A program made the position numbers and the translations under genes. Positions 48,604-57,728 of a stretch of 64,000 nucleotides of DNA are shown piece by piece; the first letter of the stretch is position 1; each line of letters opens with the position of its first letter. Source of the stretch: Bacteroidia bacterium (GTDB lineage: Bacteria; Bacteroidota; Bacteroidia; DATLTG01); NCBI GenBank assembly GCA_039924845.1, contig JBDTAC010000054.1, positions 41,308 to 105,307 on the forward strand, written 5' to 3'. The notes beneath the pieces are model-generated. The model did no database searches and was not told the DNA's origin. It saw nothing but the letters and a program-made list of their open reading frames with translations.

Positions 48604-51315
48604 ATGAAAATGAAGATTGGAATTATTTTTGGAGGCTTTTCAAAAGAGCGTGAAATTTCTTTTGCAGGTGGCAGAACGGTTTACGACAATCTGAATAAAT
48701 CCTTATTTGAGCCGATTCCTATTTTTATTGACAGTTTTGGAAATTTTATTTTGCTCGATTGGCAATATGTTTACAAAGGCAGCATTCGCGATTTTTATCC
48801 GCCCGCCGAATTAATTCCAAAAAAAGAAGGCGGTTTTCAAATTTATGCCGAAAGTTTAGGCAATTTGAATTCGCAACAGCAAGAAGAATTGATTTTAAAA
48901 ATTGGAAAAAAAATTCTGATAGACGAATTAAAAAATATTTTCGATTTTGCTTTTTTGTGTTTGCACGGACCTTACGGAGAAGATGGGAAAATTCAAGGTT
49001 TGTTCGAATCGCTTGGCATTCCGTATTCTGGATCTGGCATACTTCCTTCTGCCATTGGCATTGATAAAGCAATCCAAAAAAAGCTGATGAAAAATGCCGG
49101 ATTTCCTTCTCCAAAATTCGGAATTATTAAAAAAGAAGAGTGGCTAAAAACGCTCGACAAAAAATATTTTTTCGAAAAATTAAAAAAAGAAATTGGTGAC
49201 AATATCGTTGTGAAATCTGTTTCACAAGGTTCTTCTATCGGCATTTCTGTTTTACAAAAATCTAATTTTGATGATTTTATAAAAGCCGTAAATAAAAGTT
49301 TTTTCATCACAGATATTTCTATGTCTGAATGGAGAAAAATGGACGATGCACAAAAAAATGTTTTTGTGCGCACACTTACAGATATTCGCGAAGGCATTGG
49401 AATTCCTGTGAGAATAGCAAATTCATCTTCAAAAATTTCGGACATTATTTATCATCCGCAAGATTTAATTTTTCATCTCAATAAAATTTCTGCTACCGAA
49501 AAAAATATTTTGCTGGAGTCTTTGGACGGCGAACATTTATCGCTCATCGAAGAATTTATTTCTGGAAAAGAATTTTCCTGCATCGTTTTACAAAATGAAG
49601 ATGGAAATGCAGTTGCATTGCCGCCTACAGAAATAATAAAAGGTGGAGAATTGTTCGATTATCGTTCGAAATATTTGCCCGGTTTATCTCGAAAAATTAC
49701 GCCCATTAATTTACCCGATTCGCAAATTCAGGAAATTCGCAAAGCTTGTGAACATCTTTTTACCGAATTTAATTTTGATGTGTATGCGCGAATTGATGGA
49801 TTTATAAATGAAAAAGGCGTTATTTATTTGAATGATCCGAATACGACTTCGGGAATGATGCCATCTTCTTTTTTCTTTCATCAAGCAGCTGAAATTGGAT
49901 TAAATCCTTCTCAATTTTTAACTTTTATTATTCGCACTTCGCTTTCGCAACGGGCATTATCAACAAAAAACAGTTTAGTAATTACAAAATTACTAAGGCA
50001 TTTAGACGAAGAAATAAAACATCAAAAAAATGCTTCTACAGAAAAAATAAAAGTCGCAGTTATTTTAGGCGGCTATTCTTCGGAGCGACATATTTCGGTG
50101 GAAAGTGGTCGGAATATTTATGAAAAATTAGCGTCATCTTCCAAATACAAACCTGTTCCGATTTTCCTTACGAGGAATGAAAATGAACACATCATGTATC
50201 GCATTCCAGTGAATATTTTGTTGAAAGATAATGCAGATGATATCAAGGAAAAAATTGCACATTATAAAATTCATCCGATTGTAAAAAAAATAATGGAAGA
50301 ATGTGTCGCTATTACTGAAAAATATGGTGAATCTGGAAGTTTAGATCATCCAGAAAAATTAAATTATTCTGATTTACCAAAGTTGGCGGATGTTGTCTTT
50401 ATTGCGCTGCATGGTCGTCCGGGCGAAGATGGAGCGGTGCAAGAAAAACTCGAAAAAATAAATTTGCCTTACAACGGTTCTGATACAAGTAGCTCGCAAA
50501 TTACAATTGATAAATTTCGCACCAATGAAATTTTAAAAGAAAATGGATTTTTAATTGCCGAGCATTTGTTGGTTTCTAAAAATGACTGGAATACTAATAA
50601 AAATGAAGTGCTGGAAAACATCCGTCAAAAAATTAATTTTCCATTCATCGCAAAACCAGTAGATGACGGGTGCAGTTCTGCCGTCAAAAAAATAAAAAAC
50701 GAAAAAGAGTTGGAAGCCTTTGCCACATTGATTTTCAGAAACTCAGAAGAATTTAATAAAAATGCTGCCGAAACGCTTCATATAAAAGTAAAAGAAGAAT
50801 TCCCTCAAAAAAATATTTTTTTGATTGAAGAATTAATCTCGAAAAAAGATGCTCCTCATTTTTTAGAAATTACTGGCGGAATGCTCACCAAATATGATAG
50901 AAATGGAAATGTTGAATATGAAGTTTTTGAAGCATCAGAAGCTTTAAGCGAAGGAGAAGTTTTATCCTTGGAAGAAAAATTTTTGGCGGGACAAGGTCAA
51001 AACATAACACCTGCAAGGTATTCTGTGAATTATGAAGATCGAAAAAAAATTTCTGAGAAGGTAAAAAACACACTTGGTGCTGCGGCAAAACTATTGCACA
51101 TCAATGGTTATACGCGCATTGATGCCTTTGTTCGAATTTACAATCCTGACAAAGTTGAAGTTATTTTTATAGAAGTGAATTCATTGCCGGGCATGACTCC
51201 CGCTACGTGTATTTTTCATCAAGCGGCAATTAATAATTACAAGCCGTATGATTTTATTGATAAAATAATTGATTTTGCATTCGCGAAAAAAAAGAAAGAA
51301 TTACAAACTAATTAA
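48604..51315 (+). CDS. ddl: Tandem-duplicated D-alanine--D-alanine ligase-like protein (two Ddl/ATP-grasp modules in one 903-aa polypeptide)
   Basis: Module 1 starts MKIGIIFGGFSKEREISFAGGRTVYDNL and module 2 restarts KIKVAVILGGYSSERHISVESGRNIYEKL. Both have the Ddl N-terminal pattern (hGxxxGGxSxEhxhSxxSG) followed by ATP-grasp regions. Module 2 ends with NSLPGMTP, as in Ddl. Confidence 0.75.
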   Translation: MKMKIGIIFGGFSKEREISFAGGRTVYDNLNKSLFEPIPIFIDSFGNFILLDWQYVYKGSIRDFYPPAELIPKKEGGFQIYAESLGNLNSQQQEELILKIGKKILIDELKNIFDFAFLCLHGPYGEDGKIQGLFESLGIPYSGSGILPSAIGIDKAIQKKLMKNAGFPSPKFGIIKKEEWLKTLDKKYFFEKLKKEIGDNIVVKSVSQGSSIGISVLQKSNFDDFIKAVNKSFFITDISMSEWRKMDDAQKNVFVRTLTDIREGIGIPVRIANSSSKISDIIYHPQDLIFHLNKISATEKNILLESLDGEHLSLIEEFISGKEFSCIVLQNEDGNAVALPPTEIIKGGELFDYRSKYLPGLSRKITPINLPDSQIQEIRKACEHLFTEFNFDVYARIDGFINEKGVIYLNDPNTTSGMMPSSFFFHQAAEIGLNPSQFLTFIIRTSLSQRALSTKNSLVITKLLRHLDEEIKHQKNASTEKIKVAVILGGYSSERHISVESGRNIYEKLASSSKYKPVPIFLTRNENEHIMYRIPVNILLKDNADDIKEKIAHYKIHPIVKKIMEECVAITEKYGESGSLDHPEKLNYSDLPKLADVVFIALHGRPGEDGAVQEKLEKINLPYNGSDTSSSQITIDKFRTNEILKENGFLIAEHLLVSKNDWNTNKNEVLENIRQKINFPFIAKPVDDGCSSAVKKIKNEKELEAFATLIFRNSEEFNKNAAETLHIKVKEEFPQKNIFLIEELISKKDAPHFLEITGGMLTKYDRNGNVEYEVFEASEALSEGEVLSLEEKFLAGQGQNITPARYSVNYEDRKKISEKVKNTLGAAAKLLHINGYTRIDAFVRIYNPDKVEVIFIEVNSLPGMTPATCIFHQAAINNYKPYDFIDKIIDFAFAKKKKELQTN

Positions 51316-51323
51316 TTTACGAA

Positions 51324-52130
51324 ATGAGTGTTATTGATTTTATAAAAAGTAAAACATTTTTTAAACATCTCGCCTTAGCGATTGTATTGGTAAGTGTTTT
51401 GCTTTGGGGAGTTTTGCAAATATTGGACACGTATACCTTGCACAATCAATCCATTACCGTACCTGATTTTAGCGGATTAAAAACACAAGAAATTGATCAT
51501 TTTATTTCCGATAAAAATCTTCATTATACCGTTATTGATTCCGTGTATGATGCAAAATCTCCGAAAGGAATTGTGATTAAACAAGAACCGGAAAAAGGCA
51601 TTCAAGTTAAAAAAGGAAGAACGATTTATTTATACGTTACGTCGATTTTACCTCCACAAATAGAAATGCCGAAACTCACAGATCAATCGCTGCGCCAAGC
51701 AGCTTCCGTGATTGAAACTTACGGTTTGAAAATGGGAAAAATAAAATACGTTCCCGATGTATGCGCCAATTGTATTTTGAAACAACTCAATAATGGAAAA
51801 GAAATAGAAGCCGGCACAAAAATTCCAAAAGGTTCGGTGATTGATTTAGTTGTGGGAAAAGGATTGGGCGATGAAGAAGTGGCTATTCCAAATCTTATCG
51901 GACTCACCAAACAGCAAGCACTTGCTAAATTGGCAGAAAGTTCCTTAAATGAAGGTGCGCTTGTGTTCGATGCGCCTGTTGATTCTGCGAGAGAAAAAAT
52001 ATACATGCAGAAACCTAGTTATTCCTCTTCTGCAACATTAAATATCGGGAGTCCGATTGATCTTTTTTTTACGAACGACAACAGTAAAATTCCTGTTGTT
52101 AAACAAGACACCATTTCTAACGCTGAATAA
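51324..52130 (+). CDS. PASTA-domain protein
   Basis: N-terminal TM followed by three PASTA-like repeats (VPDFSGL...; MPKLTDQSL...; IPNLIGLTKQQA...). Confidence 0.75.
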   Translation: MSVIDFIKSKTFFKHLALAIVLVSVLLWGVLQILDTYTLHNQSITVPDFSGLKTQEIDHFISDKNLHYTVIDSVYDAKSPKGIVIKQEPEKGIQVKKGRTIYLYVTSILPPQIEMPKLTDQSLRQAASVIETYGLKMGKIKYVPDVCANCILKQLNNGKEIEAGTKIPKGSVIDLVVGKGLGDEEVAIPNLIGLTKQQALAKLAESSLNEGALVFDAPVDSAREKIYMQKPSYSSSATLNIGSPIDLFFTNDNSKIPVVKQDTISNAE

Positions 52131-52132
52131 CC

Positions 52133-54106
52133 ATGATGCAAAAAAATATTTTTTTGAGTGTGTTTTTATTGTTGCTTTTTTCTTTCGCAGGACACGCGCA
52201 ATATGAAATTTTATCACCTTTACACTACAATCCTGCGGTAGCTGCTAAATGGCATGAACAAATGGTGCGTAAACATCATCAAACAAATTACACACAAGGC
52301 TTAACAACATTTAAAGATACGGTTGTACACCCAACATTAGATTCTGTGCCCTTAGTCCCGAACGATACTCTCAGTTTACCTTTTTTAGATGATTTTTCGA
52401 AAGACACCGTTTATCCCGATCAACATTTGTGGATGGATAAGTACGCTTATGTAAATCCAGATTTCCCGATTGCTCCTGTAACCATTGGCGTTGCAACGCT
52501 TGATGGATTAAATGCACAAGGATATCCTTACAATTTTAATTCCGTTTCTGGATCATTTGCTGCCGACCAATTGACTTCGAACCCTATTAATCTTGGCACT
52601 CCGCTTACTGCGGCAGATTCTATTTATTTAAGTTTCTATTATCAAGCACAAGGAAGAGGTATTTCTCCTAAAACAAGCGATTCTATTTTATTGGAATTTA
52701 AGGCACCTAACCAGCCCACCCAGCCTTGGAAAGAAGTGTGGTTTCATTTAGGTTATTCGCCTGCGCCAACGGATAGTGCTTTTCACTTAGTAATGGTTCC
52801 GATAACAGATACCGCTTATTTGCACAATGGTTTTCAATTCCGATTTCAAAATTATGCCTCATTAAATGGCCCGTTTAATCAGTGGAATATTGATTATGTG
52901 TATCTCAATAAATTGAGAAGTCAAACCGATACTGTTTTTAAAGATGTGGCGTTTGTGTATAAGCCGCAATCACTTATTCAGCCTTATGAATCCATGCCTT
53001 GGGAGCAATATACAACTGCCAATATGCGAACATCTGTCAATACTTACATTCGTAATAACGACAATGCGGTGGATAATACTTCGTACTATTACGACATACG
53101 AGATGCCTACAAAAATGTACTTTATACTTATCCGGTAGGGAGTATCAACGTTAATCCATACAGTGCAGGAGGATATGACAATTACGCGCCGCAAGCGCAT
53201 CCGCCGGTTTCCTATCAATTTCCGTTGCTTATAGATAGTACCAATTATCAAGTGGAACATGTTTTAAATACAACGCCGGATTTTGATCGCTCGAACGATA
53301 CAATACGCGCATACCAAGTGTTTAAAAATTATTATGCGTACGACGATGGCTCTGCCGAATTGGCGTATGGCTTAAATCAAGCTTTTGCGAAATTAGCCTA
53401 TCGTTATGTGCTAAATGTAGCAGATACATTACTTGGCGCACAAATTTATTTTGATCCTGCGGGAGTAAATACAGCTATTTATTCTTTCCGCTTGGCTATT
53501 TGGGCAGATGCAGGCGGAATTCCGGCAAGTACACCATTTTATATAGATAGCAGCAATGTGCCAATTTATCAGCCAAACGGCTATTTTATGTTTGATACGT
53601 ATAATTTAAAAAGGGGTGATAGTTCACGTACTTATTTGCATTTGAACGCGGGGACTTATTATATAGGGATGATTCAAGAATTTGCGCAACCATTAAATAT
53701 TGGTTTCGATGAAAATACAGATAGCCACACCAATTTGTATTACAATGTTACTGGTACTTGGCAGCAATCAGGCTTTCAAGGTTCGTTGATGTTTCGCCCT
53801 GTTTTTGGAAATTTTGATACAATACCCGCACTTGGCGTGAAAGAATTATCCATGAACTCTAATTTGATTTCCCTTTTCCCGAATCCCGCAAATACATTTA
53901 TTCACATTAATTGCAGTTCTTCTTTATTGTTGAATACATTAAACATTACTATTTACGATGCTTTCGGAAGAAATGTGTTGAGTAATTCTGCCTTTAAAAT
54001 AAATGAGACATTGGATATTTCTGCGCTCTCAGCAGGAATTTATTTTGTGAAAATACAAGATGAAAAAAATAATTTTTCGGTGAAGAAATTAGTGATTACG
54101 CGATAA
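52133..54106 (+). CDS. Secreted protein with T9SS C-terminal sorting domain (function unknown)
   Basis: Signal peptide MMQKNIFLSVFLLLLFSFAGHAQ. C-terminus LFPNPANTFIHI...GIYFVKIQDEKNNFSVKKLVITR (type A CTD pattern). Confidence 0.7.
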   Translation: MMQKNIFLSVFLLLLFSFAGHAQYEILSPLHYNPAVAAKWHEQMVRKHHQTNYTQGLTTFKDTVVHPTLDSVPLVPNDTLSLPFLDDFSKDTVYPDQHLWMDKYAYVNPDFPIAPVTIGVATLDGLNAQGYPYNFNSVSGSFAADQLTSNPINLGTPLTAADSIYLSFYYQAQGRGISPKTSDSILLEFKAPNQPTQPWKEVWFHLGYSPAPTDSAFHLVMVPITDTAYLHNGFQFRFQNYASLNGPFNQWNIDYVYLNKLRSQTDTVFKDVAFVYKPQSLIQPYESMPWEQYTTANMRTSVNTYIRNNDNAVDNTSYYYDIRDAYKNVLYTYPVGSINVNPYSAGGYDNYAPQAHPPVSYQFPLLIDSTNYQVEHVLNTTPDFDRSNDTIRAYQVFKNYYAYDDGSAELAYGLNQAFAKLAYRYVLNVADTLLGAQIYFDPAGVNTAIYSFRLAIWADAGGIPASTPFYIDSSNVPIYQPNGYFMFDTYNLKRGDSSRTYLHLNAGTYYIGMIQEFAQPLNIGFDENTDSHTNLYYNVTGTWQQSGFQGSLMFRPVFGNFDTIPALGVKELSMNSNLISLFPNPANTFIHINCSSSLLLNTLNITIYDAFGRNVLSNSAFKINETLDISALSAGIYFVKIQDEKNNFSVKKLVITR

Positions 54107-54275
54107 ATTTTTCTACTAAAAAAACAGCTCTCAAAAAAATAATTTTTCAAACAAGAAATTTGAATCGTAACGCGGAAAAATAATTTTGCTGAAAAACACG
54201 GTTCAAAAAAATAATTTTCCGAAGCTCCTTTTTGAGCTCAAAATACATCGTTCGAAAAAATAATTTTTCAACCGA

Positions 54276-55145
54276 TTAAACGGTATCCATGAAATTTTTT
54301 TCGGTTCTGTTGAATAATAAAACTCCGAAGAAAAGGATTATTAACATAAAAATACTGCTGTAAGCCAAATACAGCCAGTGAAATTCGCCTTTCGGAAAAA
54401 AGGCATAACGAAATGTTTCTACAATCGAACTCATCGGATTGGCAAGTACTACCATTCTAAATTTGGTATCTTTTACTAAAGATAATGGATAAACAACTGG
54501 TGTGGCATACATTATTAATTGAACGCCAAAACCTACGAGGTACGTCAAATCGCGGTATTTAGTTGTTAAAGACGAAATAATAATTCCGAAACCGAGTCCT
54601 AAACCGCCCATTATCACAATGAGATACGGAATTAGTAACATGTACATATTGAAATGAAAAGAAATACTTTTGAATAAAATAAAATAAATAAATACAAGAA
54701 TAAAAAGTAAAAATTGTATCATTAAACTAATCATACTACTGATGATGGAAGAGACTGGGGCAGCCAATCGCGGAAAATAAACTTTCCCGAAAATAGCAGC
54801 ATTGGCAAGGAATGTAGAAGATGTTTTATTAAAACAGGTTGCAAAATAATTCCAAACCGTTAAACCGGAAAGGTAAAATAAGGCGCCAGGAATACCATCC
54901 GTCGGAATTTTAGCAATGCCTCCAAAAACAACCATAAACATAATGGTAGTGAGAATGGGTTGAATGACAAACCATGCTGGACCTAAAATAGTTTGTTTGT
55001 AAACGGAAACAAAATCTCTACGAACAAAAAGCATGATTAAATCTCGGTAACGCCAAACATCCGACAAGTGTAAATCAAACCATCCAGAAGTTGGTTTCAC
55101 TACCAAAGACCATTCTTCGTTTCCTTCTATTTTTTTATCCTCCAT
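54276..55145 (-). CDS. ABC-2 type polysaccharide-export permease (second Wzm/KpsM paralog)
   Basis: SGWFDLHLSDVWRYRDLIMLFVRRDFVSVYKQTILGPAWFVIQP, the Wzm/KpsM N-terminal motif, and 6 TM. There is no adjacent ATPase. Confidence 0.8.
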   Translation of the reverse strand: MEDKKIEGNEEWSLVVKPTSGWFDLHLSDVWRYRDLIMLFVRRDFVSVYKQTILGPAWFVIQPILTTIMFMVVFGGIAKIPTDGIPGALFYLSGLTVWNYFATCFNKTSSTFLANAAIFGKVYFPRLAAPVSSIISSMISLMIQFLLFILVFIYFILFKSISFHFNMYMLLIPYLIVIMGGLGLGFGIIISSLTTKYRDLTYLVGFGVQLIMYATPVVYPLSLVKDTKFRMVVLANPMSSIVETFRYAFFPKGEFHWLYLAYSSIFMLIILFFGVLLFNRTEKNFMDTV

Positions 55146-55162
55146 AAATTGTGTCCGAAAAA

Positions 55163-57526
55163 TTATTTTTTATCGCCGTAACCGTAGTTGCCTCCATAAC
55201 CGTATCCATAGCCGTAACCATAAGCATAACGGTTGTAATAATATTTTGATTTTTTACGTTTCACCCCGTTTAAAACGATGCCCAAATTATTGATTTTATT
55301 ATTGGTTACAATTTCATGCGCATTTGCAATGGATTCTTTGTAAGCAGATTTGGTATTAATCACATACAAATTAACATTTGCATATTTCATCAATGCAAGT
55401 GCATCGGAAATCAAACCGACAGGAGGAGTATCAATAATTATATAATCATAGTGCGCTTTTCCGTATTCGAATATTTCATTCATACGTTTAGAAAGAATTA
55501 ATTCGGAAGCATTCGGAGGTAGAGGACCCGATAAAAGCACATCTAAATTGTCGATGCTACTTTTCAGAATACATTCTTGTATAGTATTTTTTCCAATGAT
55601 AATGGTTGAAATACCTATTTCGGATGACATATTCAAGGCTTTGTGTACGCGCGGTTTGTGTAAATCTAACTCTAATAACAATACTTTTCGCTCCGATTTA
55701 GCCAAAATAGTTGCTAAATTAACGGAGCAAAAAGTTTTTCCTTCCCCCGGAACATTGGAAGTGATGAGAATTACTTTTGAACCTCCCTCGGTATCCATGT
55801 ATTGTAAATTGGTACGAATGGTTCGGAAGGATTCTATTATCGGCGATTTCGGATTATTTTCAACAGTAACGAGGATATCTTTTACGCTTTGATCAAATAA
55901 AATTTCTCCCAATATGGGTAAATCCGTTTTTTCTTTTAGCTCTTCTATACTTTCTATTTTTTCGAAAAATACGGTTCTAATAAAAATAATAATAAGACTT
56001 ATGATAGCGCCAACCCCCATAAACATATAACTTATTTTTGATTTTTGAGGCGCAACAACGCCCATGGAACGAGCAGTTTCAATCACTTCTGTTTCAGGGA
56101 TAATAGTAGCTTGGGCAATAGTAGTATTGGCTCTTTTTTGCAATAAAAACTCGTACATATTTTCATTTACTTGCATATTTCGCTCAATATCCACAAGTCC
56201 TCTTTGTTTGGCAGGAATGGTTTTTATGCTGCTTACATAAGCATCTACTTGTCCATTTACATCCTTAATTTGCGAATTCAATGCTACTCTAGAATTTCCG
56301 ATATAAATCAGCAAATTATTTTTCAATAATTTTATTTTTTCATTGGCATTTCTAATATTTTGATTTTTTTCAGTGGCATCCGTCAAAGTAGAATTAATGG
56401 AAATTTGCATACTGTACAATTCATCCACACTTTTTTTCAAAAAAGCATCGTTGCTGACAATATAAACAGCGGGGGGTAGAAATTCCGGATCTTTATTTTC
56501 AATAATGTATTTCTCTAAGGCGTCCAACGCTCCAATTTGCATTTGCAGCATGGATTTTGTCTTATCAAAATCACTCAATTTAGTAAAATAATCATCTTCT
56601 TCTTTTCCAAGATCTAAAATATTTTTGTTTTCCTTGTAATGTTGTAAATCATTTTGCACGCTGTCCAAAATGGTACTAACTTCTGCCATCTGCTTATCAA
56701 TATAGAAAAGCGTATTAGCATTTATTTTAATTTTGGATTTCAAAGAATTTTCCATGTATACTTCCGCGAGTGTATCCAAAAAAGCAATGGCTCTTTCTGG
56801 AACATTGTCTCGGAGACTTACTTGAAGAATATTTGTATAATCAATGATTGCAACGCTTAGAGCACCTCTATAACGATATACCAAGTTTTTCGGATTGTGT
56901 ATTTTTATCGTATAATCGGAGTTTTCTAAACTTCTTATTGTATTTCGATTGACTTGAGGAGATTTTGTAACTAATAATTTCATATCACTATTCACCGAAA
57001 ACTCATCAAACGTTCCGACAAATTTTTGCTCTTGATCGCCTTCGGTATAAGTAATTTGGTATTGGTGTACATTCAAAATTTTGAAATGCATCATATTTTC
57101 GTACAAACCCGAATTGATGTTTCCTACTTGTATTTTAAACGGAGAACCATCATACATTTCGCGAGAAGCAAATCTCCCTACAATAAAATACGAAATACCC
57201 AAATTCATCCTATCTACAGCTTTTTGAATAAGATCATAGGATTGCAAGACACGTAATTCGTTGGTGTTATCTACATAAGTTTGTCCAGATCCATAATATC
57301 CTCCAGCTCCTTCTGAAGAAATTAAATTTTTCGAATCGAAATTATCGTTTTTTAGCAAAATTTCGGTTTCTGCCGAATAAACATCTGGTATTTTGTATAA
57401 GTACACTTGCGAAATAACAAATGCCGCGGCTACTAAACAGACTAAAATATACCAGTTTTTAGAAAAAATCCGCAAAACGGCTTTTATATCCTGTATATCA
57501 ATGATAGCATTATTTTTTTGCGCCAT
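55163..57526 (-). CDS. wzc: Polysaccharide co-polymerase / BY tyrosine kinase (Wzc-like) with C-terminal Tyr cluster
   Basis: Two TM segments flank a large Wzz-like periplasmic domain. P-loop ITSNVPGEGKT, Walker B YIIIDTPP, and C-terminal tail YYYNRYAYGYGYGYGYGGNYGYG. The start is trimmed to the ATG at 57526. Confidence 0.85.
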   Translation of the reverse strand: MAQKNNAIIDIQDIKAVLRIFSKNWYILVCLVAAAFVISQVYLYKIPDVYSAETEILLKNDNFDSKNLISSEGAGGYYGSGQTYVDNTNELRVLQSYDLIQKAVDRMNLGISYFIVGRFASREMYDGSPFKIQVGNINSGLYENMMHFKILNVHQYQITYTEGDQEQKFVGTFDEFSVNSDMKLLVTKSPQVNRNTIRSLENSDYTIKIHNPKNLVYRYRGALSVAIIDYTNILQVSLRDNVPERAIAFLDTLAEVYMENSLKSKIKINANTLFYIDKQMAEVSTILDSVQNDLQHYKENKNILDLGKEEDDYFTKLSDFDKTKSMLQMQIGALDALEKYIIENKDPEFLPPAVYIVSNDAFLKKSVDELYSMQISINSTLTDATEKNQNIRNANEKIKLLKNNLLIYIGNSRVALNSQIKDVNGQVDAYVSSIKTIPAKQRGLVDIERNMQVNENMYEFLLQKRANTTIAQATIIPETEVIETARSMGVVAPQKSKISYMFMGVGAIISLIIIFIRTVFFEKIESIEELKEKTDLPILGEILFDQSVKDILVTVENNPKSPIIESFRTIRTNLQYMDTEGGSKVILITSNVPGEGKTFCSVNLATILAKSERKVLLLELDLHKPRVHKALNMSSEIGISTIIIGKNTIQECILKSSIDNLDVLLSGPLPPNASELILSKRMNEIFEYGKAHYDYIIIDTPPVGLISDALALMKYANVNLYVINTKSAYKESIANAHEIVTNNKINNLGIVLNGVKRKKSKYYYNRYAYGYGYGYGYGGNYGYGDKK

Positions 57527-57728
57527 ATTTCTCAATCAATTTTGCAGAGAGTATTTTCTTTTAAAGGATGAAAATAAGCGACAAATTTAAACATAAAATG
57601 ATAGTGTGTTAATAAATAATTTGTCGAATGCAAAAATAATAAGAAACTTTATTTGGTGAAATATCGTAAATACATTTGGATTTTCGAAATTACTTAGTTA
57701 TATTTGCAACACTTAAAAACGTAATATT

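Noticed and set aside
48746-49445. Antisense ORFs 48746..49114, 48759..49064 and 48993..49445 within the ddl fusion gene
   Set aside because: They are shadow ORFs in an AT-rich coding region and contain no motifs.
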